Part shown: piece after piece, positions 9,689-17,620 of the stretch
Layout of the letters: the number at the start of each line of letters is the position of its first letter
Numbering within the stretch: the stretch's first letter is position 1
Source of the DNA: a virus
Lineage: Duplodnaviria > Caudoviricetes
Reading direction: 5' to 3' (one strand)
Virus record (IMG/VR): IMGVR_UViG_3300027991_000080
Coordinates: 1-64,000 of that record
Length of the DNA: 64,000 nucleotides
Program-made: the position numbers and the translations under genes
Notes under the pieces: generated by a model
What the model was told of the DNA's origin: nothing
The model's database searches: none
What the model saw: only the letters and a program-made list of their open reading frames with translations

Positions 9689-10130
9689 CGCGCAACCCGT
9701 CCAAGCTCGTGATAAACGTCGCCTCTCGGAACATGAGCTCCGGCTCCTGCGGTTCGAGCTGTACGACGTAGCAGCGCTTTCCCTGTCCCATCGCGTACCC
9801 GAATTCCCAGGACGCAGAGCGTCCGCAAGGCAACACGTACACGCAAACGTCGCACTCGCGAAGCGCAGTGATGTCGAGCAAGTACCCTGCTTTCGCTATC
9901 GGGTGTTGAAGCGTCTTGACTAACTCTTCTGCGGCTACCGGTTCACCCGGAACCCAGTGCGGATTGATCTGGCGCCACCCGAATCCGTTATTTCCGGGAG
10001 CCGGATTCCTGAAGTCGTAAACGTCGTGCCCGCTCTGTCGAAGGATCTCGACGACGCTCTGTTGATGCGGATTCCGCCAGCTTGAGGCCACGTATATTTT
10101 TGTCGCCGTCGCCACGTATGTCTTCATCAC
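9681..10130 (-). CDS. nucleoside 2-deoxyribosyltransferase-like protein
   Basis: KIYVASSWRN, DITALRECDVCVYVLPCGRSASWEFGYA, matching the NDT fold pattern. Confidence 0.75.
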   Translation of the reverse strand: MMKTYVATATKIYVASSWRNPHQQSVVEILRQSGHDVYDFRNPAPGNNGFGWRQINPHWVPGEPVAAEELVKTLQHPIAKAGYLLDITALRECDVCVYVLPCGRSASWEFGYAMGQGKRCYVVQLEPQEPELMFREATFITSLDGLRDV

Positions 10131-10155
10131 TCACTCTCTCCTACTCTCGCCGTCG

Positions 10156-10185
10156 AGCTTACGGCACGAATGTTATCCTTGTCAA
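10156..10185 (-). promoter_or_regulatory. sigma70-like promoter with overlapping palindromic operator
   Basis: Minus strand TTGACA-N18-TAAGCT; CCTTGT-CA-ACAAGG palindrome (10177-10190) overlaps the -35. Confidence 0.6.
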
Positions 10186-10215
10186 CAAGGAAAAATTCAG
10201 ATAGTTAGAGGAGCC

Positions 10216-10380
10216 ATGAGCATGAAGAAAACCACGGAAATTTTGATCTCCACCCGCATTTCGATGGCGCTTCACGCAAAAATCGTCAAGCGGCAGAAGG
10301 AGGCGAGCAAAAATACGGGAATCAAACCGCCCCTCGCCGCCGTAATACGCGCGATGCTTGAGGAGTCCGCTGCACGATGA
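10216..10380 (+). CDS. ribbon-helix-helix regulator (54 aa, not in ORF track)
   Basis: GAGGAG RBS; ILISTRISMALHAKIVKRQ...LAAVIRAMLEE strand-helix-helix pattern. Confidence 0.7.
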   Translation: MSMKKTTEILISTRISMALHAKIVKRQKEASKNTGIKPPLAAVIRAMLEESAAR

Positions 10381-10778
10381 TCGAGTACTCAGAGAGACAC
10401 ATTTTCACCAGGCGAGAACTGGACCTGCTGAAGCAGGCACAGAATCTGGTCGCGAACGCACCGTACCTCGACGGAGACGGAGAACCGATCCGATGTCACG
10501 AGCTCGCTCGTGCTGTCGGTCGTGTGCTTTGTCTCGACTACGCGGACGGGAGGTACGGATTCGTTGACCACACGTGGCTGTGGACCGAATCTCCCGGAGA
10601 CTCCATTCCTTGGAAATTGCCCAACGTACTCGATGTGTATGTGCCGGGGAGTCTTCCGCAGGTGCAACTGGTACACACCGACTCCTCAGGGCTCCCGCCG
10701 CGATACTATCCGTCGAAAAACTTCGATGTCATCGTCAGGCACGAAGTGATCGAGTCCCTGATTGCGGGGTTCGCGTGA
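10377..10778 (+). CDS. hypothetical protein
   Basis: Coupled operon gene. Confidence 0.65.
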   Translation: MIEYSERHIFTRRELDLLKQAQNLVANAPYLDGDGEPIRCHELARAVGRVLCLDYADGRYGFVDHTWLWTESPGDSIPWKLPNVLDVYVPGSLPQVQLVHTDSSGLPPRYYPSKNFDVIVRHEVIESLIAGFA

Positions 10779-11263
10779 CGGAGCCACTCACCGAGCGTCA
10801 GATGCTCGTCACCATCGCGACGATGGCGCTCGAGATCGACAACCTGACCGGTCACGACATCATCGATGCGCTCAAGGGCCTCGGATTCGGATCAGTGATC
10901 AGTGAAGCGCGCGAAGAACCAGCAACGCTGCTCAACCTGGAGACAACCAACAATCCCGAGTTCGAGAAACTGTTAGAAGCGGCGCGTCTCGCAGATCGGC
11001 TCCACCACAAGCACCGCGCCATGAACGGCGAACGGCACGGGGCCGGCGGCTGCTACAGTCACACGTACGAGACGTGCGGCGAACATCACGGTCACACGAT
11101 GACCTGCGGCGGCTATCCGCGCGTCTGCAGTCGCCGGGAGTCCGGACCGGAGATCGATGCGATACACGAAGCGTTGAGCGAGTTCTGTCGATCCTGCGAC
11201 GGTACCCGAGCCAACTGCGATTCCTCTCGGATCAAGTGCTGCCCGGATTGTACGCACCGATGA
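10775..11263 (+). CDS. hypothetical Cys/His-rich protein
   Basis: GTG 10775 overlaps upstream stop; many C/H in the C-half. Confidence 0.6.
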   Translation: MTEPLTERQMLVTIATMALEIDNLTGHDIIDALKGLGFGSVISEAREEPATLLNLETTNNPEFEKLLEAARLADRLHHKHRAMNGERHGAGGCYSHTYETCGEHHGHTMTCGGYPRVCSRRESGPEIDAIHEALSEFCRSCDGTRANCDSSRIKCCPDCTHR

Positions 11264-12525
11264 AACGTTTCGAACTCTCCCATGACCAGGCCAGCGTCTA
11301 CAGCGCCATGCTGGACTGGGTTGCATCTCCGAACGCAGGCAACCTGCTCACGGTCGGAGGGTACGCCGGCACCGGAAAGAGCACGCTGCTCGGACTTCTC
11401 GCCGCGGAGTGCGACACCGACCACACCGCGTTCATTTGCTACACCGGTCGAGCCTCGAGCATCGTGGGCCGGAAACTCGCCGAGGCCGGCGTGCGCACCA
11501 CAAATCGTGCGATGACCGACGATCCGAAGCGCCTCAGTGGGCGCTGGTCCCATCTATTCTATTCTCCGGCGAGCCCCGAAGCGCAGAAACCGTTCTGCGG
11601 TACCATGCATCGCCTCCTCTACCGCGCCGTCATCGACGAGCGAGAAGAGCTGATCGGATGGCAGAAGCGAGACCAGCTCGATCGCGACTACAACCTGATC
11701 ATCATCGATGAGGCCTCGATGATCGACGCGAGAGCGCTCGACGACATCTTGGCTCACGGCGTTCGGATCATCGCTGTCGGCGACCATGGCCAGCTGCCAC
11801 CGGTTATGGGAGACGGTTCGCTGATGAGAGCTCCCATGCTTCGCCTCGAGAAGATCCACCGGCAGGCAGAAGGGAGCCCCATCATTCAGCTGTCGCGCGC
11901 GATCCGCGAGGAATGCCGGATGGCTCAGGAGTTCGCCGACGGAAAACGACTCACGTTTTACCGAGGCCCAATCGAAACCCTCGTCGAGCCTGGACTCGAG
12001 AACGCCGTACTCTGCTGGCGCAACCAGACCCGTGTCAGTGTCAACCGAAACGTTCGAGCTCGGCTCGGGTACGCTGGAAAGCCGCCACAGAAAGGGGAGA
12101 CGGTCATCGCACTACGCAACTATCCGCCCGTGTACAACGGGATGCGCGGACTCCTGACCGAGTGCTCAACTCCTGGAGATGAATGGTGGAGAATCGAAAC
12201 CGTTTTGGACTTTCCGGACGAAGGACTCACGAATCTCGAGTTCACGGTGTGCCGAGATCAGTTTCACCGCCCCGAGACGTTCAAGAGCGTCGATGACATG
12301 AAAGCAGCCGGCATCCCACTCGGATCCTTCGGCTCGATGAGCGAAGCTGGAAAGCTTTTCGACTTCGGCTACGCGATGACAGTGCACAAGAGCCAGGGTA
12401 GCCAATTCAAGCACGCGATCGTCGTTGTCGACTGGCGACAGAACTACAACGACGACGGCGTGCGGAGACTGGCGTACACGGCCGTTACGAGGGCGGCGGA
12501 GAGGTTAACGGTAGTTCTGCAATGA
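11260..12525 (+). CDS. RecD/Dda-like SF1B helicase
   Basis: GYAGTGKS, IIIDEASMI, VGDHGQLPPV, IHRQA, YAMTVHKSQGSQF, YTAVTRA. Confidence 0.9.
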   Translation: MKRFELSHDQASVYSAMLDWVASPNAGNLLTVGGYAGTGKSTLLGLLAAECDTDHTAFICYTGRASSIVGRKLAEAGVRTTNRAMTDDPKRLSGRWSHLFYSPASPEAQKPFCGTMHRLLYRAVIDEREELIGWQKRDQLDRDYNLIIIDEASMIDARALDDILAHGVRIIAVGDHGQLPPVMGDGSLMRAPMLRLEKIHRQAEGSPIIQLSRAIREECRMAQEFADGKRLTFYRGPIETLVEPGLENAVLCWRNQTRVSVNRNVRARLGYAGKPPQKGETVIALRNYPPVYNGMRGLLTECSTPGDEWWRIETVLDFPDEGLTNLEFTVCRDQFHRPETFKSVDDMKAAGIPLGSFGSMSEAGKLFDFGYAMTVHKSQGSQFKHAIVVVDWRQNYNDDGVRRLAYTAVTRAAERLTVVLQ

Positions 12526-12734
12526 GCGAAGCGAATAAATACGCCCCCGTGCTTGAGAAGATGGTCGAGCTTTTAGGCGCCAAAAACAACGAGAAGCTTA
12601 CTTTCGGAATCGCTCTGGAGCGCGCAAGCATTCAACTAGGTATCCCTGTACCCGATCACATGTACGGGCCACTGCTCTCCTCCGCGTTTCGGATCATCGG
12701 GATCGGAAGAATCCCCGGGGCACCGGATGCCTAG
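12522..12734 (+). CDS. hypothetical protein
   Basis: Coupled operon gene. Confidence 0.5.
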   Translation: MSEANKYAPVLEKMVELLGAKNNEKLTFGIALERASIQLGIPVPDHMYGPLLSSAFRIIGIGRIPGAPDA

Positions 12735-13089
12735 CCAAAAATCGACAACCACGCTCGCCGAGCTCCAGGAACCACTGACCGAAGCGCTGCGTCGCCTCAT
12801 CGAGAAAGAAGAGGATCGCAATCCGTGGGTGCGTGTGGAAAATGTCCCTCAGTGGCCGCTTTGCTTCGTTCAGTTCGCCGGCTCCCGCACCTCTCCGCTC
12901 GTCTACGACTGTCCGCCGCTTGGCGTCTACAACGACCGACGCATGCTGAGCGATGCAGTCTGGATGGGGATTGAAGGACTCACGAGGCAAGGCGTGAAGC
13001 CGGAGGATGAGCTACAGATCATCGAATCTGAGGACCGACCACGTGGAGGGATCCGGGATCTGTTTCGGCGGTTGCTGGGAGCTACATGA
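12727..13089 (+). CDS. hypothetical protein
   Basis: Coupled operon gene. Confidence 0.55.
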   Translation: MPSQKSTTTLAELQEPLTEALRRLIEKEEDRNPWVRVENVPQWPLCFVQFAGSRTSPLVYDCPPLGVYNDRRMLSDAVWMGIEGLTRQGVKPEDELQIIESEDRPRGGIRDLFRRLLGAT

Positions 13090-14738
13090 GCACCCTCCCA
13101 CTCTTCACCCGCTCCCAGCTTATAGCGCTCGATCCGCCGAAGCTCCGTCCGTACCAGTCCCGCGCGATCCAGGCGCTCCGGAATCACATCTGGGCTGGCA
13201 AGAAACGCATCCTGCTCGTCGCTCCAACCGGCTCCGGAAAGACGACGATCATCGCGAGCATCATCCGTACGTCGTCAGTGCGCGTGCTCTTTGTTGCCGA
13301 CGCAATGGAGCTAATCGACCAGTGCGTCGAAGACTTGTCTCGCGTCGGAATCACCAACGTCGGTGTGATGCGTGGAGACGACGAGCGAACTAACCCGAAC
13401 GCAACGGTGCAGGTCGCATCGATTCAGACGCTACTCCGGCGCGACAAACCCGAGGCTGGAATCATCCTCATCGACGAGGCCCACCTGTCGGCCAGCGACT
13501 CCTACGTCACGCATATCTTCGATCACTACAAGGACGCCATCATCATCGGTTTCACCGCGACGCCGGCGCGCACGGACGGAAAACCGCTCGGCAACCTGTA
13601 CGAAGTGCTCGAGGTGGTGTGCACGTACGAGGAGCTGCTCAAGATCCCCAAGGGAGCGGCTACCGGATTCCTGGCGGAGCCGCTTTGCTACAGCGGACCC
13701 GCGATGTTGGACTTGTCAACCGTTCGCATGGTCGGTGGCGACTACGACGAGGACAGCCTCAGCGAAGTCATGCGCGATCAGGGACTCATCGGAAACCTTC
13801 TCGAGCAATGGCAAAAACTCGCGAACCTGTATCCGCGCGACAACGGGCACCCTGGCCTCATCGAAGGTGAGTACCGCCGTACTTTCATTTTTGCCGTCAA
13901 TGTGCCGCACTCCCAGACCATCCAGGCGCGCTTTTGGTCTGCCGGCGTCCGCATCGCGCACCTCGACGGAAAGACGCCTGAGAAGGAGCGCCGACGCATC
14001 CTACGGGCGCTCGAGGACGGGAGCCTCCAAGCCGTGACGAGCGTCGGCGTGCTCCTCAAGGGGATCGACATTCCGGCCGTGAAATGCGTCCTCCACGCCC
14101 GGCCTACGCAGTCGCTCGTCCTGTGGCGTCAGAGCTGCGGCCGGATCCTTCGCCCGTGGCACCCGAACTGTCGTCGCGGATGTGTCCTGCACCCGAGCGT
14201 CCAACCGATGCTCATCGACCACGGCAACAACATCAACCGTCTCGGGTTCCCCCACGAAGATCTTCACTGGGAGCTCCGCGAGACGACGCGCGCTTACGTA
14301 CGGCATGAGGCCGTGCGGATCTGCAAGGGTTGCTTTGCGTATTTGAAGGCGTGGCAACGTCTGTGTCCGCACTGCGGAGCGGACGCTCCCCCGCCGGCGG
14401 CGACAGATCTGCCGCGCGAGAGCGAAGAGCAGTTGTCTCGACTCGCCACGACCCCAGAAGCGATGCGACGCATGTACTTCGACATGATCGTGAAGGTCGC
14501 GCGCCTGAAGGGGTACAAGCCCGGATTCGCATCGGCGAGGTACAAGGATCGGTACGGCGCGTGGCCGCCGTGGGAGTGGAGCGAGCAGGTAAAGTCGAGC
14601 TTCGCGAGCGATCCGGAGTGGCAGGCCAGCTACGAGGCTCGCGCGGTCAGACGAAAGCAACGCGAAGTAGAGAAGCTCGCGAAGGAGCAGGCGAAGACGG
14701 AAGGAGCCACGGGAGACGATGACGACGTCGCCTTCTAA
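13086..14738 (+). CDS. SF2 DExH helicase (RadD/YejH-like) with C-terminal Zn ribbon
   Basis: APTGSGKT, IDEAH, FTATP, GIDIP, QSCGRILR, CKGC...CPHC. Confidence 0.92.
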   Translation: MSTLPLFTRSQLIALDPPKLRPYQSRAIQALRNHIWAGKKRILLVAPTGSGKTTIIASIIRTSSVRVLFVADAMELIDQCVEDLSRVGITNVGVMRGDDERTNPNATVQVASIQTLLRRDKPEAGIILIDEAHLSASDSYVTHIFDHYKDAIIIGFTATPARTDGKPLGNLYEVLEVVCTYEELLKIPKGAATGFLAEPLCYSGPAMLDLSTVRMVGGDYDEDSLSEVMRDQGLIGNLLEQWQKLANLYPRDNGHPGLIEGEYRRTFIFAVNVPHSQTIQARFWSAGVRIAHLDGKTPEKERRRILRALEDGSLQAVTSVGVLLKGIDIPAVKCVLHARPTQSLVLWRQSCGRILRPWHPNCRRGCVLHPSVQPMLIDHGNNINRLGFPHEDLHWELRETTRAYVRHEAVRICKGCFAYLKAWQRLCPHCGADAPPPAATDLPRESEEQLSRLATTPEAMRRMYFDMIVKVARLKGYKPGFASARYKDRYGAWPPWEWSEQVKSSFASDPEWQASYEARAVRRKQREVEKLAKEQAKTEGATGDDDDVAF

Positions 14739-14943
14739 AAAACCGCGACGAGCTAAGCGCCCGCGCGGAGATCTGACCGAGCTCTGGACCTACGAATTCG
14801 AAGGCTCCTTGTATGAGCTGGAGCTCGAGATCGATCGAAAATGGATCGTTGTTCAGCTCGCGCGTCGCGCGATCAGAAATACCGGTCAGAAGGCGTCTCA
14901 AGTAGCGGGAGCCGTGATCGTGCGCGTGAAAGGGAAGAAATGA
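14719..14943 (+). CDS. hypothetical protein
   Basis: Operon gene. Confidence 0.5.
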   Translation: MTTSPSKKPRRAKRPRGDLTELWTYEFEGSLYELELEIDRKWIVVQLARRAIRNTGQKASQVAGAVIVRVKGKK

Positions 14944-15140
14944 ACCCTCTTGCCGCAATCGAAGCACTCCGTGACCGTCAGATCTTTTTCGCTCTTCCTA
15001 TCGAGGTACGCATCCGCAACACCTGCCCGGCCTGCGGATGCCGTCTCATCGACAACGACTACAAGCGAGCGATCGAATTCGTCACCGGACCTCCTAAGCG
15101 AGGCAAGTGCGGCAAGTGCTCGTGGGTTGGGACCAAATGA
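14940..15140 (+). CDS. small Zn-ribbon protein
   Basis: CPAC...CGKC; ATG 14940 coupled. Confidence 0.55.
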   Translation: MNPLAAIEALRDRQIFFALPIEVRIRNTCPACGCRLIDNDYKRAIEFVTGPPKRGKCGKCSWVGTK

Positions 15141-15850
15141 AAGTCTCGGGACCGCTGTTCAAGTGGTTCGGATCGAAATGGCTCTCGTCGAAGCTCTACC
15201 CAGCTCCGGAGCGCGACGTCATTTTCGAGCCGTTCGCCGGATCTGCGGGATACTCGCTCAGGCATTGCGAGAAGAGAGTCGTGATCTGGGAAGAGAACGA
15301 GCAGGTCAGGCATCTCTGGGAATGGCTGATCTCCAGCGCAACGACCGCCTCGGTGCTCGAGATCCCGATCGGACTTCCGGAGGGTGCGGACATCCGAGCC
15401 ATCGGACTCATGAAGGGGCAACAGCTTCTTCTGAAGCACTGGCAGCGCACCAACAACGTCGGCGACTGCTGGACGACATCACCCTGGGGAAACAAGCCTG
15501 GACAGTGGACGGCGAACACCAGAGCTCGAGTCGCGGAAGAGATTCACGCGGTGAAGCACTGGAAGGTGGAACAGATCCGTCCGAACCTGCCCGGCACGTA
15601 CTTCTTAGATCCTCCGTACATCTACAACTACCGGTACCGTTTCAAGGTGTTCGACTACGGAGATCTGGTCAACAAGATCGCGATGATTCCGAATGGAAGT
15701 CAAATCATCGTGTGCGAGGCAGCGTGCCAGAAGACAGGTCGCGTGCCTGAGTACCTCCCGTTCAAACCGTTCGCGTCGCGCATCACGTCCAGGCGCAAGA
15801 AGAACAACAACCATCATTCGAACGAGTATCTGTACTACGAGGTTCGATGA
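15137..15850 (+). CDS. N6-adenine DNA methyltransferase-like (compact)
   Basis: FKWFGSK, FEPFAGSAGYS, YFLDPPY. Confidence 0.8.
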   Translation: MKVSGPLFKWFGSKWLSSKLYPAPERDVIFEPFAGSAGYSLRHCEKRVVIWEENEQVRHLWEWLISSATTASVLEIPIGLPEGADIRAIGLMKGQQLLLKHWQRTNNVGDCWTTSPWGNKPGQWTANTRARVAEEIHAVKHWKVEQIRPNLPGTYFLDPPYIYNYRYRFKVFDYGDLVNKIAMIPNGSQIIVCEAACQKTGRVPEYLPFKPFASRITSRRKKNNNHHSNEYLYYEVR

Positions 15851-16566
15851 GCCATCGCCTTCGACCATTTTGGAGATACTTCGGCGGCAAGTGGCGCGCT
15901 GCTCGCCGGTATCCCCAGCCAGAGCATGACATCATCGTCGAACCGTTCGCTGGCGCTGCCGGGTACGCTCTCAGATATCCTGACCGTCGAGTTGTTCTGA
16001 TTGAGAAGAACGAGATCGTTGCTGGGGTTTGGGCCTACCTGATCCGCGTGAGTGTTAACGAGCTACTCCGAATTCCAAATGTCGACACGATCGATGAGCT
16101 CCCGGCCTGGGTTCCTCAAGAAGCCAAGTGGCTCGTAGGGCTTCGCTTCGGCGCGGGAGACACTCGTCCACGAACAAGAGTCTCACCAATGGTAAAGCGA
16201 GACGGAGGCTACGGCGTGGCATTCATCGCTCACCAGATCGAAGCCATTCGTCATTGGCGCGTGATTCATGGCGAGTACACCATGGCGCCGCAAGTTTCGG
16301 CTACCTGGTTCATAGACCCACCGTATCAGATTTCAGGCTCAAGAAATCGCACAGCAGGTGCTCGCGGAAGAGTTCGTTACCCGAATGGTGGAGATTTCCT
16401 GAACTACTCTCTTCTTGGCGAATGGTGCCGCAAACGCCGTGGTCTCGTAATCGCCTGCGAAAACGTAGGTTCTAATTGGCTTCCATTTGAACCTATATTT
16501 ACGCACGCTTCTTGCCTTCCGGGCGGAGTATCAAAAGAAGCTGTCTGGGTTGGGAGGCGCGCTTAA
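15847..16566 (+). CDS. N6-adenine DNA methyltransferase-like (compact), tandem paralog
   Basis: WRYFGGK, VEPFAGAAGYA, WFIDPPY. Confidence 0.85.
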   Translation: MSHRLRPFWRYFGGKWRAARRYPQPEHDIIVEPFAGAAGYALRYPDRRVVLIEKNEIVAGVWAYLIRVSVNELLRIPNVDTIDELPAWVPQEAKWLVGLRFGAGDTRPRTRVSPMVKRDGGYGVAFIAHQIEAIRHWRVIHGEYTMAPQVSATWFIDPPYQISGSRNRTAGARGRVRYPNGGDFLNYSLLGEWCRKRRGLVIACENVGSNWLPFEPIFTHASCLPGGVSKEAVWVGRRA

Positions 16567-16569
16567 AAA

Positions 16570-16977
16570 ATGGCCCGCCGCCAGATCCCACTCTTTGAAG
16601 AAGAACCGGAGCCCCGCGTGACCGAATCTCAGCTGCAGCAAGCACTACTACTCACCGCTCCGACCGGCCTACCATCATGGCGACTCTTCCGGCGCAACAT
16701 CGGATCGGCGACGATGCGTGGCGGATTCGAAGTGAAGTTCGGGATCAAAGGCCAGTGCGATCTATACGGACTCATCCGCGGCGGACAGCACGTCGAGATC
16801 GAGCTCAAGGCAGCCGGGAAGCGCATCAAGCCCGGATCGGATCAGGACACGTGGCGAGCGTGGTGTCTCTCGTGGAATGTTCCCCACGTCGTTTTGACTG
16901 GCCTGAAGAACGAGACTGTCGATGAAACCGTTTCCAGGTGGATCGAGGAGCTACGCGCGCTACAGCGGAGCGCATAG
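16570..16977 (+). CDS. VRR-NUC-like nuclease
   Basis: LFRRNIG, GQCDLYG, EIELK: PD-(D/E)xK pattern after an SF2 helicase. Confidence 0.65.
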   Translation: MARRQIPLFEEEPEPRVTESQLQQALLLTAPTGLPSWRLFRRNIGSATMRGGFEVKFGIKGQCDLYGLIRGGQHVEIELKAAGKRIKPGSDQDTWRAWCLSWNVPHVVLTGLKNETVDETVSRWIEELRALQRSA

Positions 16978-17394
16978 TTTCTGAATCACCCACCAAGAGA
17001 CTCGGGTCCTCGTCTCCTCGGTGGGCCACAGTGTCTCGATCCACTCCGCTGCCGTCCTGTTCCCGCGTCGCGAATTGCATCGACCGCAGCAGGTCAGCAG
17101 ATTCGTCGGCGCGTGAGTGCCGCCGTGTGACCGCGGGATGAAATGGTCTAGACCGGCGCCGGCGTCGCCGCACCAGACGCACCGGTGGCCGTCTCGGGCG
17201 TAGATAGCCTGGCGGACCGCCTTCTTCACCCATCGGCTCCCCTTGCCCGCATTACCGGCCTTCGGCGCCCGCCTGGCGCTGCCACGAGGGTCACAGGTCC
17301 GGCCGTGGTGGCAGTAGCAACCGGGAGCGCAGGGGCAGGTGCCAGGCTTCTCGTTAGGGTGTTCGCATGCAGTGGGATCAAATCTTCGAGCCAT
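16960..17394 (-). CDS. HNH endonuclease
   Basis: RDGHRCVWCG...LDHFIPRSHGG...NLLTCCGRCN. Confidence 0.85.
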   Translation of the reverse strand: MARRFDPTACEHPNEKPGTCPCAPGCYCHHGRTCDPRGSARRAPKAGNAGKGSRWVKKAVRQAIYARDGHRCVWCGDAGAGLDHFIPRSHGGTHAPTNLLTCCGRCNSRRGNRTAAEWIETLWPTEETRTRVSWWVIQKLCAPL

Positions 17395-17410
17395 AGACCG
17401 AGGGGCCTAA

Positions 17411-17606
17411 CTTAGGGAGATGGAGTACATCAGGGCGATCTCCCCTGTCGCCAGGTTCTCTTTTTGAACATTTTTTCTCGATTTTTTTCCGAGCAAAATT
17501 TGTTGTCTACAACCCCCATTTTCTAGAGATATTTTTTCAGGAAAAATGTTCAAAAACTCCAAACGACGACTAAGGGCATCCCCCGTATGTACTCCATCTC
17601 CCTAAG
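17411..17606. repeat. nested inverted-repeat element (candidate replication origin)
   Basis: 20-bp IR (17411-17430/17587-17606) and 15-bp IR (17461-17475/17542-17556) share one symmetry centre; central GTTGT-CT-ACAAC. Confidence 0.9.
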
Positions 17607-17620
17607 CCGATCATGGGATT

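Noticed and set aside
17411-17606. N15-like telomere resolution site or MITE
   Set aside because: No protelomerase or transposase seen, the palindrome is interrupted, and no target-site duplication is evident; kept only as an alternative.
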